DNA of 64,000 bases from Pseudomonadota bacterium (GCA_039195135.1 JBCCVP010000003.1:7249-71248), one strand, 5' to 3'. Counted from the first letter of the stretch, positions 19,364 through 28,898 are shown. Notes: generated by a model not told the origin, from the letters alone. Translations and numbers: made by a program.

Positions 19364-19882
19364 TCAGATCTGGCCGGACAGCTCGCCCGGCAGGTCCTCG
19401 AGGATCCGCTGCCAGTAACCGATGTCGATCCACCGGTCGAATTTCCGTCCGGTTTGTCGAAAGTGGGCCACCTGGAAAAAACCCAGCTTTTCATGCGTCC
19501 GCACGCTGGCCTCGTTGGGCAGCGCGATGCCCGCCAGCACCGCATGCACGTCCTGCTCGGCGAGACGCTTCAGCAGTGCCAACATCAGCTCAGCGCCCAC
19601 GCCTCTTCCGCAGGCTTCATCCGCCACATACACCGTGCTCTCGACGGTCTGCCCATAGGCGGCCCGGGGTTTCCACGGCGTGGCGTAGGCATAGCCAATC
19701 ACCTTGTCGGCATCTACGTAGACCAGCCACGGATACCTGGCGGTCGTAGCCCGGATGCGTTCCTCCATGTCGGCGGGATCGATGGGAGACACTTCGAACG
19801 TGGCGACCGAGCGCTCCACGTAGTGGTTGTAGATTCCGCAGACCGCCGGCGCTTCATCGACCTCACAATCTCTGATGCCCAT
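19364..19882 (-). CDS. GNAT N-acetyltransferase, phosphinothricin-acetyltransferase-like
   Basis: 172 aa. IYNHYVERSVATFE, RGRGVGAELMLALLKR (acetyl-CoA-binding Q/R-x-x-G-x-G/A) and HEKLGF are typical of PAT-type GNATs. Confidence 0.85.
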   Translation of the reverse strand: MGIRDCEVDEAPAVCGIYNHYVERSVATFEVSPIDPADMEERIRATTARYPWLVYVDADKVIGYAYATPWKPRAAYGQTVESTVYVADEACGRGVGAELMLALLKRLAEQDVHAVLAGIALPNEASVRTHEKLGFFQVAHFRQTGRKFDRWIDIGYWQRILEDLPGELSGQI

Positions 19883-20002
19883 CGCGCAAACCGCTCCGTC
19901 ATTGCGTCAGTCCCACCCTCGCACAGCCCGCTACCGGTGTCATACCGCCAGTGCGCAGGTTTCCGCACGCGGTTTGTAAGAATCTGCCGTGGCGCGCGTG
20001 TC

Positions 20003-20500
20003 ATGGGGCAAATTTCTGAAAAAATAGCCTCGATGTCACAGGAATTCCTGGAAAAATATACGGCGCTCTGCTGGAAAATTGCGCGAGCGTTTGTCGATAG
20101 CCCTGATGATCAACAGGATCTCGTGCAGGAGCTGTTCATCACGCTGTGGCAGGCGATGCCGCGCATGGAAAAGGGCGGCAAAGAATCGACTTTTGTTTAC
20201 CGCGTCGCTTTGAATCGGGCCATCACCTGGCAGCGCCGCCGCCAGACCTATGCCCGGTATCTGGACGCTTTCCGGCGGGAACCGCGCGTTTCTGCCACTG
20301 ATGACTCACCGGAACAGCTGAAGCAGCTTTACGCCGCGATTCGCCGCCTGTCCGACCTGGACCGGTCCCTGGTGCTGATGCATCTGGACCACCTTTCCTA
20401 CCGGGAGATTGCCCGGGTGCTAAACCTCACTGAATCGAACGTGGGCGCGCGACTGACGCGTCTGCGGAAGAAACTGGCCGACGATGTCGCAGGAGACTAA
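20003..20500 (+). CDS. ECF RNA polymerase sigma factor
   Basis: From ATG 20003 (165 aa). Region 2: DQQDLVQELFITLWQAM, FVYRVALNRAITWQRRR. Region 4: LDRSLVLMHLDHLSYREIARVLNLTESNVGARLTRLRKKL. The track ORF's 5' extension (19361-20002) is antisense to the GNAT gene and is rejected. Confidence 0.8.
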   Translation: MGQISEKIASMSQEFLEKYTALCWKIARAFVDSPDDQQDLVQELFITLWQAMPRMEKGGKESTFVYRVALNRAITWQRRRQTYARYLDAFRREPRVSATDDSPEQLKQLYAAIRRLSDLDRSLVLMHLDHLSYREIARVLNLTESNVGARLTRLRKKLADDVAGD

Positions 20501-21109
20501 ATGATGCAAATCAATGACGTGCAAACCCTTTGGGATCAGCAGCCCACCCCGCGGCCGCAGCAAACCGCTACAGAAATTGTTCAGCGAAGCCGTCGCCGCA
20601 GCGCAATTAACGCTGTCGCTATGCTCGCCTTTTTTCTGCTGAGCATGGCGATGGCTGGCCACACCTTCTGGTTCAGTTTTGGGTCCCAGGGCGAGGCGCT
20701 TGGGATTGCCCTGATTCGCTGCAGCCTGTTTGTCATTCTCGCCGGGGTCCAGTATCCGCTCTGGCGCCAGGCTCGGCGGGAAGCGGATCGCCGGGAATCA
20801 TGTCAGCTTGCGCCGGGCGACTGCCTACGGGAAATCCAGGTCGATCTGGAACGTGAAATCGCCAGCTTCTCGCCGCTTCGATCCAGCGTACCGCTGCTCC
20901 TGATCATGGTGTTTATCAGCCTGAATAAGTGGATCGACTATCGGCTCGGCGTCGATACGCTGGCCGAATGCATCGGGATTGTGATTGCTGCGGGTGGCGT
21001 ATTTGGACTGGTCGGCGTGACGTTCTGGCATTACCGCACCCAGTTTCTTGAGCCGCGGCGGAGTCATATTCGCCAAACGCTGGCGGAGCTTGGGACAGCA
21101 AAGCGCTGA
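20501..21109 (+). CDS. Polytopic membrane protein, putative cognate anti-sigma partner
   Basis: Its ATG immediately follows the sigma stop (TAAATG). 202 aa with about 4 hydrophobic segments. No zinc anti-sigma HxxxCxxC motif was seen. The function is inferred from position only. Confidence 0.5.
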   Translation: MMQINDVQTLWDQQPTPRPQQTATEIVQRSRRRSAINAVAMLAFFLLSMAMAGHTFWFSFGSQGEALGIALIRCSLFVILAGVQYPLWRQARREADRRESCQLAPGDCLREIQVDLEREIASFSPLRSSVPLLLIMVFISLNKWIDYRLGVDTLAECIGIVIAAGGVFGLVGVTFWHYRTQFLEPRRSHIRQTLAELGTAKR

Positions 21110-21156
21110 GCCCTGTTGGCCCGCCTAACCCGTTCGAAAAGAAATTCGCACGAAGT

Positions 21157-21177
21157 GACGCCGGCGCTGCCGGCGTC
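21157..21177. terminator. GC-rich hairpin between convergent genes
   Basis: GACGCCGGC-GCT-GCCGGCGTC forms a perfect 9-bp stem. It is flanked by A/T-rich runs (GAAAAGAAATT upstream, GTAAAAATC downstream) and sits between the stops at 21109 (+) and 21189 (-). Confidence 0.45.
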
Positions 21178-21188
21178 GTAAAAATCGA

Positions 21189-21635
21189 TCAGCGGTAGGC
21201 GAGGTTGCCGTTGATGTAGGTAGTCAAAGACTCAATTTCGCTTTCTTTTGCCCTCATTTTGAGCGTGACGAGCTCACCGATACCCAGCACCCCAACCACC
21301 TTACGTCCCTCGACCACCGGGAGATGGCGAATGTTGTGGTGACCCATCACCGCCAGCGCTTCGTCCACCGTGTGATGTTCGTCGACCGTCACCACGTTGG
21401 CCGTCATGATGTCGGAGACTGGCGTATCGCTTGACGCCTTCTGCTGCAGAATCACCTTGCGCGCATAGTCGCGCTCGGAAATCACACCAACCAGATGGTC
21501 CAGGTCATCCAGCACAACGAGGGCGCCGCAATCTTTGTCGGCCATCTCTTCGAGGGCGCTAAACACGGGGGCGTTCTGGCGAACGCTGTAGACTTGGCGG
21601 CCTTTCTGGTCAAGAAACTGACTGATGCTCTGCAT
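21189..21635 (-). CDS. CBS-domain pair protein
   Basis: 148 aa with two CBS-like units (GALVVLDDLDHLVGVISERD and HLPVVEGRKVVGVLGIGELV). Confidence 0.85.
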   Translation of the reverse strand: MQSISQFLDQKGRQVYSVRQNAPVFSALEEMADKDCGALVVLDDLDHLVGVISERDYARKVILQQKASSDTPVSDIMTANVVTVDEHHTVDEALAVMGHHNIRHLPVVEGRKVVGVLGIGELVTLKMRAKESEIESLTTYINGNLAYR

Positions 21636-21801
21636 TGCGAATCCGAAATCCTAAAAAACGGATAACAATTTGTACTCTCGGCGGTGAAGAATGTGTGGAA
21701 ATCGGGCGCACTTTCGGTTGCTCTGGCGTGGCTTAAGCGCTTGGCCGCGAGGGCGGCGTTCATGCCTGCTCAACGTTTGGTCTGCTAAATCCTTCACGGG
21801 T

Positions 21802-22692
21802 ATGGAATTTAGACTCGAAACGCCCGCGGCGTACGACTTCTTTGAAACCACCCGGCTCCTTCGCACCGGCAGCGGCGATCCGACCCTGCGCCGGGAAACG
21901 GATGGCCTGTGGCGCTGCGCTTACATCGAGGGAAACCCCGTTACGGTCCGGGTCCGGGTAGCTGCCGAGGGCGCCATTCATGCTGTCGCATTTGGGCCCG
22001 GCGCCTCCGATGTGCCCAGGGCTCTGCCGCTTTGGCTCGGCCTGCGGGAAAGTGACGATGAACTTCCGCCCCATCCCCTCATTGACCGGCTGCGGAAGAA
22101 GCACGCCGGCCTTAGGCTTTGCAACTCGGTGGACGTCTACGAGGCGTTGCTCGTTACAGTGCTGCAGCAGCGCGTCACCTGGAACGAAGCGGCATTCGCC
22201 TGGCGGCGTCTTTGCGCCGGCCTCGGGGAGCCGGCACCTGGGGCCGCCGGCCTCACGCTGCCGCCGACACCCAAGGCCCTGCGCGGCGCCGGCATTAATC
22301 GGCTCATGCGCTTCGGCATGGCGCGGGCCCAGGCAAAAACGCTGCTGGAGGTGGCGTTTGCTGCGTCTAGGCTGAAACGTGTTGCGCAGCTGCGCACGCC
22401 AGCTGCGCAGGCGTTGCTGCAGTGTGTGCCGGGCGTGGGGCCCTGGACCGCCGCCTCGGCGCTGGGGCTGCGGCTCGGCCGCCCGGATCCGATTATCACC
22501 GGCGATTTACACCTGCCAAACACGGTGTGCTGGGCCCTGGCGGGCGAGGCACGGGGTACGGACGCGCGAATGGTCGAACTGCTCCGTCCCTTTGCCGGCC
22601 AGGCATTTCGCGTAGTCCGCCTGCTGATGGCGGCCCGCATCGAGGCGCCCCGCCGAGGTCCCCGACGACCTGTGGTTTTTGGCTGGCGCTGA
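21802..22692 (+). CDS. HhH-GPD superfamily DNA glycosylase (AlkA-like)
   Basis: From ATG 21802. YEALLVTVLQQRVTWNEA, a helix-hairpin-helix segment LLQCVPGVGPWTAASALG, then a conserved Asp (ITGDLHL). Confidence 0.7.
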   Translation: MEFRLETPAAYDFFETTRLLRTGSGDPTLRRETDGLWRCAYIEGNPVTVRVRVAAEGAIHAVAFGPGASDVPRALPLWLGLRESDDELPPHPLIDRLRKKHAGLRLCNSVDVYEALLVTVLQQRVTWNEAAFAWRRLCAGLGEPAPGAAGLTLPPTPKALRGAGINRLMRFGMARAQAKTLLEVAFAASRLKRVAQLRTPAAQALLQCVPGVGPWTAASALGLRLGRPDPIITGDLHLPNTVCWALAGEARGTDARMVELLRPFAGQAFRVVRLLMAARIEAPRRGPRRPVVFGWR

Positions 22693-22724
22693 CGCCCGCG
22701 CCGAAAACCGCACTTTTCTTTGAT

Positions 22725-22753
22725 TTGACGACGACACATTTGTGTCCTAGGTT
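22725..22753 (+). promoter_or_regulatory. Candidate sigma70 promoter with an embedded 14-bp perfect palindrome
   Basis: TTGACG (22725-22730), a 17-nt spacer, then TAGGTT (22748-22753). The spacer contains GACACA-TT-TGTGTC (22733-22746). It lies about 170 nt upstream of the 1214-aa secreted protein gene. Confidence 0.3.
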
Positions 22754-22924
22754 GAATAGACAGGTTGGCGCAAGGGGTGGCCAACCGGTTTTCGGGAGGG
22801 ATTTAATCGTCACGGATGTCGGGAAGCACGTGCTGGGTTCGCCCGCGCGGACAACCGTTCGATCCTCCTAAGGACAATTCAGGCCGACCCACGTGCCACG
22901 GGCTCACGCTATCGTGGAGGGGTC

Positions 22925-25900
22925 GTGATGATGCCGCAAAAAGCAGCTTTTCGAGTTTCAAGTCATTTTTTTTCCAGCCTGTTGCTGGTTCTGACTTTTA
23001 GTGTTTCCTTTTCAACTTTCGCCCAGGGCGACCTTGATCGCCAGCTTGATACGGGCTGGGGTTTTTCTGTCCGCTATCCCGCGACGTGGTCCCTGCTCGA
23101 CTCCCAGTTCATCAATTCTTACACCCTGGTGAACGTACCGGCCGACCAGCAGGGTCAGCAGCGGATCACCGCCCGCATCAAGGTATACCGGGAGGTGCGG
23201 CGCAGCTACGACGAGGCGGTGGCGCAGATCAGCGCCGCGGCGGTCAGCGTCAAAGCCCCCGCAAGCGGCTTTGTAAGCGTGAGCGGCTGGCCGGCGCTGA
23301 ATTCGCTGCGCCTCGATGAGCGGCCGCAGCCCAACAAGGGAACCCAGTTTGCCGACGATCAGGTGCTGCGGGTCCACACCTGGGTGGCGGCCGGCGACAT
23401 GCTGATCCAGGTGTACGCCACGCTACCGAAGAACGCCAGCGGCGAGCTGGTGGCGCAGGCCCAGGCGGTGGCAGCGAGCATCGTCACCGAGGAGGCCGCC
23501 AAGGCCAGCCAGACGGACGACACGCTGGAAAAACTCCGCGCGGATGCCACCAAAGCGGCCGAAGCCAGCAGCGCCGGCGCCCAGATCAGCCCACCGACGG
23601 CAAGGGACATCGCCTGGGAGAACGCGGCCTTTCCGAAACGTCAGTCGCCGCCTTCCCGCGCAAACCTGCGGGTTTATCCGGACCGCTGGGGTGAGGTGGA
23701 GATAGCGGTCTCCAACAACGGCAATACGCTGGTTGTTGGCCGCCAGTCGGAATGGGTGACCTCCACCGACAGCGGCGCCACTTTCAGCGCCCCACGACGC
23801 ATCAACGCGTTCGACGGCGGCGACCCATCGCTCGGCACTGGCGCCTCCGGTGCCTTCTATTACGCCGGCATTGACCGCAATTGCCACAATTCCGGGTATC
23901 AGAATCCACCGGCGGCGCTTGGCTTTGGCCAGGACTGCACGGGCATGGCCCGGTCCACGGACAACGGCGCCAACTTTACGATCGCCACCGTGAACCCGGC
24001 GGTGGCTTGCCCCCGGGATGATCCGAATAATCCGGGCGCGGTGGCCAATCGATGTTTCCCGGACCAGGAACATATCGCCGCGGACCGCTTTAACGCCGGC
24101 GGTGGCGGCGGCGACCAGGTGTACTCCACCTGGCGCAACTTTGATGCCGCCGGCCAGGACGGTGCTCTGGTGTGCACGCAGGACAGCGGCCTCAACTGGA
24201 CGGCTCCGTTTGACCTCGGCGGCGGTAGCTTTTTTCCCCGCATCACGGTGGGTGGCGACGGTTTTGTCTACGTGGTCGCCTATGGCGGCGGCAATTACCG
24301 GCTGTGGAAATTCAGTTCCTGCAGCAATGGTTTAGCCCTGCAGCCGGGTTTTCCGGTGAACGTTTTTGGGCGGGACCCGGTGGACTGTCCGTTTGCCGGC
24401 CACGACCGCTGCGACCAGAATCCATCCAGTCACACCGTGGCGGTGGACGACACCAACCCCAATCACATTTACTTTGCCGTGGCCGACGCGGACGGCACGG
24501 GCAACCGGGACGGCTCCATCATGGTGCTCGATTCGCTGGACGGCGGCCTGACCTGGCGCGCGCCTGTCCGCGCCCATCCCAATATTCCCGGGCCGCGGAT
24601 CATGCCGTGGGTGTGCGCCACCGGCGGTGACGCCTACGTCACCTGGTTTGATCGCCGCGCCGCATCGCCCTGCCCCGGCGGCAACTGTCCGGGCATCCAG
24701 AATGACCTGACACATTTTTATGCCGCTCAGGTTGGTCTGGACGGCACCGGCGCGCTGGTGGCCAAAGGCGAGTTTCAGGTTTCGGAAGTGGCCCACGCCT
24801 GGTGCGGGCCGCCCAATACAGGCTGGCCGGCGGCCACCCGCCAGGCCACCACTCCGGCACCAGGCGCCTCGGAAGCCTGCTCCCTGCAGCCCCAGCTTGG
24901 TGGCCAGTGCTGTATAGACGCCGACGTGGACGGTGCCTGTGATCAAGGCACCGCCACCGGCGCTCGCTGCGATATCTCCGACAACACACCGGCCGCGGTT
25001 AGCTGCAACGCCGGCGAGGTGTGCCTCGGCGGCGGCGGCATTCCGCGCTACGGCGACTACAACGGCAACGCGTGCATTGCCGGCCGGCTTTACGCCGCCT
25101 GGCCTTCGGCAACTTCTCCGCCGAATGTGGCCCCGGCTGTACCCGGTCAGGAGGGAATCCTGTTCGACAGTTTCCTGGTCGGCGCGGTGCCGTTGCTGAC
25201 CATACCCAGCAGCGTCAATTTTGGCCGGGTCTGCGGCCTGGGCCCGCATACGTCCACGCTGCAGATCTGCAATACCGGTAACGCCAACCTGGTGGTGAGC
25301 TCCATCGACTCGGATGATTCAGACTTTGAGGTCACCACCCCCAGTTCAGGATTTCCGCTGCAGATCAGCCCGGACTTCTGCTTTCCGTTTGAGGTGTCCT
25401 TCAGCTCCGGCTTTGTCGGCAATGACGATGCCGTGCTGACGGTGAACAGCAACGATCCCATTGGACCGGTGGATATACCCGTCAGCGCCGACGTCGGCAC
25501 CGGCGATCTGCAGGTGGCTATCGCCAACTCCGGCGATTTTGGGAACGTTTGCAGCGGCGAAGTGCAGGATCTCAACCTGACCCTGTTCAACCAGGGCAGC
25601 TGTGATCTGGCGATCGACGACATCACCGTTTCCGACCCGCGCTTCGTGCTGCCGGACCAGGTGGAATACCCGCTGGTGCTGAGCCCCGATGCGGACTTCA
25701 ACTTCCCGGTGCGGTTTGCACCGGACTCGTGCGGTGCTATGCCGGTGACGGCTTTGCTGGCGATTAACAACAATGAAACCGAGGTGTTTTCCAGTGGCTT
25801 TGAGCGCATGCTGGACAATAAACTTGCCGCCCTCGACGAAGCGCCGAAGAACGTCATCCTCGACGTGCCGCTCAGCGGCAGTGCCCCCTGTCCTGAGCTG

Positions 25901-26569
25901 ATTATGGATCCGGGCGAGTTTGAGACGTTCCCCACCACCGTGGTCGATGCCGACGGTACCCTCGGGTGTTTTGCAGAGCAGCGCGTCGTGCTGCGCAATG
26001 CCGGCAGCTGTCCGCTCACCATCACCGATATTTCGGCCGGCGGCGCGGACTTCACCGTGCGCGATCCAACCGAGTTCCCGCTGCGGCTGCCACCCGGCGA
26101 GGAAACGCTCACCACCACCGTACGTTTTGCTCCGCTGAGCGATCCCGACCCGCTGACGCCCAACGAGGTGACCAGTGCACTGACGATCACGAGTGAGGAC
26201 CTGCCGCCGTTTGTGAAAGACCTGTGCGGTGAAAGCGCAGCACAAAGCGGCGTTCGAGTTCTGGTGACCGATATCACCTCCGGATCACCGGTCGTCATCG
26301 ACGAGGTCGACAAGATCATTATCCGGGATGCGCCCGGTCACAAAGCTGGTTCTCCCCGGATCAATCTGCTGTATAAGGATGTGCCCGCCAGTATGGCGAG
26401 CATCTGCGGGCAACTTATCGACTATCACGTCAACGAGGAAACCCTCCCGGCGCCGGCGACCTACGACGTCTACGCAAAAGACGATCGAGTGGACGCGGAG
26501 GAGACGGTGGAGCTTGGCCAGTGTGACTTCAAGGAGGTGGAGCTGCAGCTCGATAAGTCCCACTGGTAA
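22925..26569 (+). CDS. Large multidomain secreted protein: N-terminal domain, BNR/Asp-box propeller, Cys-rich region, three ASH/choice-of-anchor-D-like beta-sandwich domains
   Basis: Signal peptide (M)MMPQKAAFRVSSHFFSSLLLVLTFSVSFSTFAQG. Asp-boxes: STDSGATFSAP, STDNGANFTI, TQDSGLNWTAP, SLDGGLTWRAP. Three repeats of the pattern F(G)xVCxG...L.L.N.G...L.I..I...D..F.V.......L.P......V.F.P. SD GGAGG at 22916-22920. The start is GTG 22925 or ATG 22928. Confidence 0.8.
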   Translation: MMMPQKAAFRVSSHFFSSLLLVLTFSVSFSTFAQGDLDRQLDTGWGFSVRYPATWSLLDSQFINSYTLVNVPADQQGQQRITARIKVYREVRRSYDEAVAQISAAAVSVKAPASGFVSVSGWPALNSLRLDERPQPNKGTQFADDQVLRVHTWVAAGDMLIQVYATLPKNASGELVAQAQAVAASIVTEEAAKASQTDDTLEKLRADATKAAEASSAGAQISPPTARDIAWENAAFPKRQSPPSRANLRVYPDRWGEVEIAVSNNGNTLVVGRQSEWVTSTDSGATFSAPRRINAFDGGDPSLGTGASGAFYYAGIDRNCHNSGYQNPPAALGFGQDCTGMARSTDNGANFTIATVNPAVACPRDDPNNPGAVANRCFPDQEHIAADRFNAGGGGGDQVYSTWRNFDAAGQDGALVCTQDSGLNWTAPFDLGGGSFFPRITVGGDGFVYVVAYGGGNYRLWKFSSCSNGLALQPGFPVNVFGRDPVDCPFAGHDRCDQNPSSHTVAVDDTNPNHIYFAVADADGTGNRDGSIMVLDSLDGGLTWRAPVRAHPNIPGPRIMPWVCATGGDAYVTWFDRRAASPCPGGNCPGIQNDLTHFYAAQVGLDGTGALVAKGEFQVSEVAHAWCGPPNTGWPAATRQATTPAPGASEACSLQPQLGGQCCIDADVDGACDQGTATGARCDISDNTPAAVSCNAGEVCLGGGGIPRYGDYNGNACIAGRLYAAWPSATSPPNVAPAVPGQEGILFDSFLVGAVPLLTIPSSVNFGRVCGLGPHTSTLQICNTGNANLVVSSIDSDDSDFEVTTPSSGFPLQISPDFCFPFEVSFSSGFVGNDDAVLTVNSNDPIGPVDIPVSADVGTGDLQVAIANSGDFGNVCSGEVQDLNLTLFNQGSCDLAIDDITVSDPRFVLPDQVEYPLVLSPDADFNFPVRFAPDSCGAMPVTALLAINNNETEVFSSGFERMLDNKLAALDEAPKNVILDVPLSGSAPCPELIMDPGEFETFPTTVVDADGTLGCFAEQRVVLRNAGSCPLTITDISAGGADFTVRDPTEFPLRLPPGEETLTTTVRFAPLSDPDPLTPNEVTSALTITSEDLPPFVKDLCGESAAQSGVRVLVTDITSGSPVVIDEVDKIIIRDAPGHKAGSPRINLLYKDVPASMASICGQLIDYHVNEETLPAPATYDVYAKDDRVDAEETVELGQCDFKEVELQLDKSHW

Positions 26570-26773
26570 CCTGCGGCCCTGATAACATCCCGCCCGGGCA
26601 TCCGCCGGGCGGGATCCGATGCCCCTGCCTTACGCGGCGAATAACCGCTGCCAATCGCTTTTTTGGTGCCTGCTCTGGTACCAATCGGCTGCATTTGTGG
26701 ATAATCCGGCAAGCAAGCCGAACGGGCTGGCGCCGACGTTTGTCGCTGCCGCCGCACTGAGGGGGATGGCTGA

Positions 26774-27925
26774 ATGATGCCGACGCTGATTCGTAATGCG
26801 CACGTCCACGCGCCGGAGCTGCTGGGGCAGCGCGACGTCCTGGTTGCCGGCCACAAGATTGCCGCAGTGGAGCCGTCCATCCAGCTGGAGGGCCCCCACG
26901 TACAGGTTGTCGACGCCGAAGGGCGGTACCTGCTGCCGGGCCTCGTCGACGCCCTAACGCACCCCTGCGGCGGCGGCGGCGAGGGTGGTTTTGGAAATCG
27001 GACCCCGGAGCTTTCGGCCGCAGATTTTGCTCGGGCGGGCATCACGACGCCGGTTGGCGCTCTCGGCACCGACTCGGTGACCCGCAGCCTGGATGTACTC
27101 TTCGGCCATGTCATGGGGCTGCGGGCTCAGGGTGTGGATGCCTACATGTACACCGGCGCTTACCGGGTCCCCCCGGCGACGCTTACCGGCGAGGTGATGC
27201 GCGACCTGGTGATGATCGATCCGGTGATTGGTGTCGGCGAGGTGGCAATCTCGGATCACCGGTCGTCTGCGCCGACGGTAGAGGAGCTGCGCCGCGTCGC
27301 GGCGGACGCTCGCGTCGGGGGCATCGTCGCTGGCAAAGCCGGCACCATTTTGATCCACGTGGGGGACGGCGACGCCGGTCTTTTACCGCTGCGGGCGGCG
27401 CTCCACGGCAGCGACCTGCCGAACACAACGTTCTATCCGACCCACGCCAACCGAAACCAGACGCTGCTCGAAGACGCATTGGGCTTTGCCCGGGCAGGTG
27501 CGGCGGTGGATTTCACCGTCTCGACCACACCGGAGTTTATCGTCGACGGTGAGATTCCGGCCCTTGCGGCTCTGCGCGAAGCACTGGCCAACGACGTGCC
27601 GGCGCAGCAGCTGACGCTCTCGTCCGACGCCGGCGGCTCACTGCCGCACTACAAAGACGGCGAACTGGTAGGTCTGCAGCCGGCGCCGCCGTCTTCCCTG
27701 TTCGAGGCGCTGGGCGAGGCCGCCGGCCAGTCGGATGAACTATTGGCGGCCGCTCTGGCGGCCATGACCAGCAACCCGGCCCGCGTGCTCGGGCTTTCGA
27801 AGAAAGGCCAGGTTGGCCCTGGCCAGGATGCCGATCTGCTGCTGGTAGAGCCCGACACGTTCACACTGACAGACGTAATGTGCCGCGGCCGCTGGTTGCT
27901 GAAGGACAACCAACTACGGTGCTAG
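26774..27925 (+). CDS. iadA: Isoaspartyl dipeptidase (beta-aspartyl peptidase)
   Basis: 383 aa. IRNAHVHAPE..DVLVAGHKIAAV, LPGLVDALTHPCGGGGEGGF, VGEVAISDHRSS and ILIHVGDG are characteristic of IadA-type amidohydrolases. Confidence 0.85.
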   Translation: MMPTLIRNAHVHAPELLGQRDVLVAGHKIAAVEPSIQLEGPHVQVVDAEGRYLLPGLVDALTHPCGGGGEGGFGNRTPELSAADFARAGITTPVGALGTDSVTRSLDVLFGHVMGLRAQGVDAYMYTGAYRVPPATLTGEVMRDLVMIDPVIGVGEVAISDHRSSAPTVEELRRVAADARVGGIVAGKAGTILIHVGDGDAGLLPLRAALHGSDLPNTTFYPTHANRNQTLLEDALGFARAGAAVDFTVSTTPEFIVDGEIPALAALREALANDVPAQQLTLSSDAGGSLPHYKDGELVGLQPAPPSSLFEALGEAAGQSDELLAAALAAMTSNPARVLGLSKKGQVGPGQDADLLLVEPDTFTLTDVMCRGRWLLKDNQLRC

Positions 27926-28010
27926 ACAGCCGGATACTTTTGCGATGCGCCGGGTGATGCTCGATCCCGGCCTCGTGTTCCTGAAACGATTCGAGTAGCT
28001 CCAGGGAGCT

Positions 28011-28700
28011 TTACGGGTTCAGAAACTCCGCCCGGGTGTGAATGTTCTCCCGGAAGCAGCCTCCCAGCGCCGTGGTGCTGGTTTGCGAGTTGCTGTCCTT
28101 GATGCCGCGGGATTTGACGCAGTAGTGCACCGCATCGATGCTCACGCCCACGTTCTCCGTGCCCAGCAGCGTCTGCAGCGCCACCAGAATCTGCCGGGTC
28201 AGCCGCTCCTGCACCTGCGGCCGTTGGCCGAAGAACTGCACGATGCGGTTGATCTTGCTGAGCCCGATGATCCGGTCCGCGGGGATGTACGCCACCTTGG
28301 CCGTGCCATCGATGGTGACAAAGTGATGCTCGCAGGTACTCGTCAGATCAATGTCTCGCACCTTGACCATCTCGTCCGCCCCCATCTTGTTCTCAATGAG
28401 CGAGAGCTTGGGGAAGTGGCGGTAGTCGAGGCCGGAGAAAATCTCGTGCACGTACATCTTGGCAATCCGATGCGGCGTCTCCGCAAGGCTGTCGTCTCTA
28501 AGGTCCAGTCCGAGCGTCTGTACCACTTCGCTCATCAGACCGCGGATGCGCTCATATTTCTGCTTCGGGCTGAGGCCCGTTTCCAGCATGGGGGTCTCAA
28601 GACCCGCTTCCACGAGCGCGTCGCGCACCATAATCGCCTCAGGCGTCAGATGCGCGTCCGCGGTGGCGGCGTCAGACAGGGTAAGCGCGGCAGTGCTCAT
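28011..28700 (-). CDS. folE: GTP cyclohydrolase I (type 1)
   Basis: From ATG 28700 (229 aa). [33 protein letters not shown] and [10 protein letters not shown] are the conserved FolE motifs. Confidence 0.9.
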   Translation of the reverse strand: MSTAALTLSDAATADAHLTPEAIMVRDALVEAGLETPMLETGLSPKQKYERIRGLMSEVVQTLGLDLRDDSLAETPHRIAKMYVHEIFSGLDYRHFPKLSLIENKMGADEMVKVRDIDLTSTCEHHFVTIDGTAKVAYIPADRIIGLSKINRIVQFFGQRPQVQERLTRQILVALQTLLGTENVGVSIDAVHYCVKSRGIKDSNSQTSTTALGGCFRENIHTRAEFLNP

Positions 28701-28898
28701 GGCATATCTCCGTTTTTTTCGTATAGGCCCCGTGGTCCAGAAATCTCGCCGCTGCAGGCTTGCCTGCAGGTGAGGAGGGTATGGGGCAGCTAGGGAGCGT
28801 GCATCATGCAATCGGGGCAGTGAGGTCTCCGTCAATGGTCCGTGACGCACCCGTGTAGGGCCTGCCCGTCAACGTCTTATGCCGTAGACATGGGCGCT

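Noticed and set aside
19361-20002. 5' extension that makes the ECF sigma ORF 379 aa long
   Set aside because: The extension is antisense to the GNAT acetyltransferase gene and has no sigma-factor similarity. Sigma region 2 begins shortly after the internal ATG at 20003. Similar upstream extensions were trimmed at 3931-4149, 11542-11697, 12620-12934, 33786-34052, 42558-42848 and 51009-51110.
22855-22870. tRNA-like T-loop string (CCGTTCGATCCTCC) upstream of the large secreted protein gene
   Set aside because: The flanks cannot form a T-stem, acceptor stem or anticodon arm. It is not a tRNA or an obvious tRNA remnant.
25147-26319. 390-aa and 299-aa minus-strand ORFs inside the large secreted protein gene
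   Set aside because: They are antisense to a gene with clear repeated-domain structure. The translations are Ser/Gly/Arg-rich with no motifs.
28701-28898. Possible THF riboswitch in the folE leader
   Set aside because: I could not match it to the THF-I or folE-motif (THF-II) sequences I remember. Only a simple palindrome is evident. I kept it as a low-interest observation rather than calling an ncRNA.
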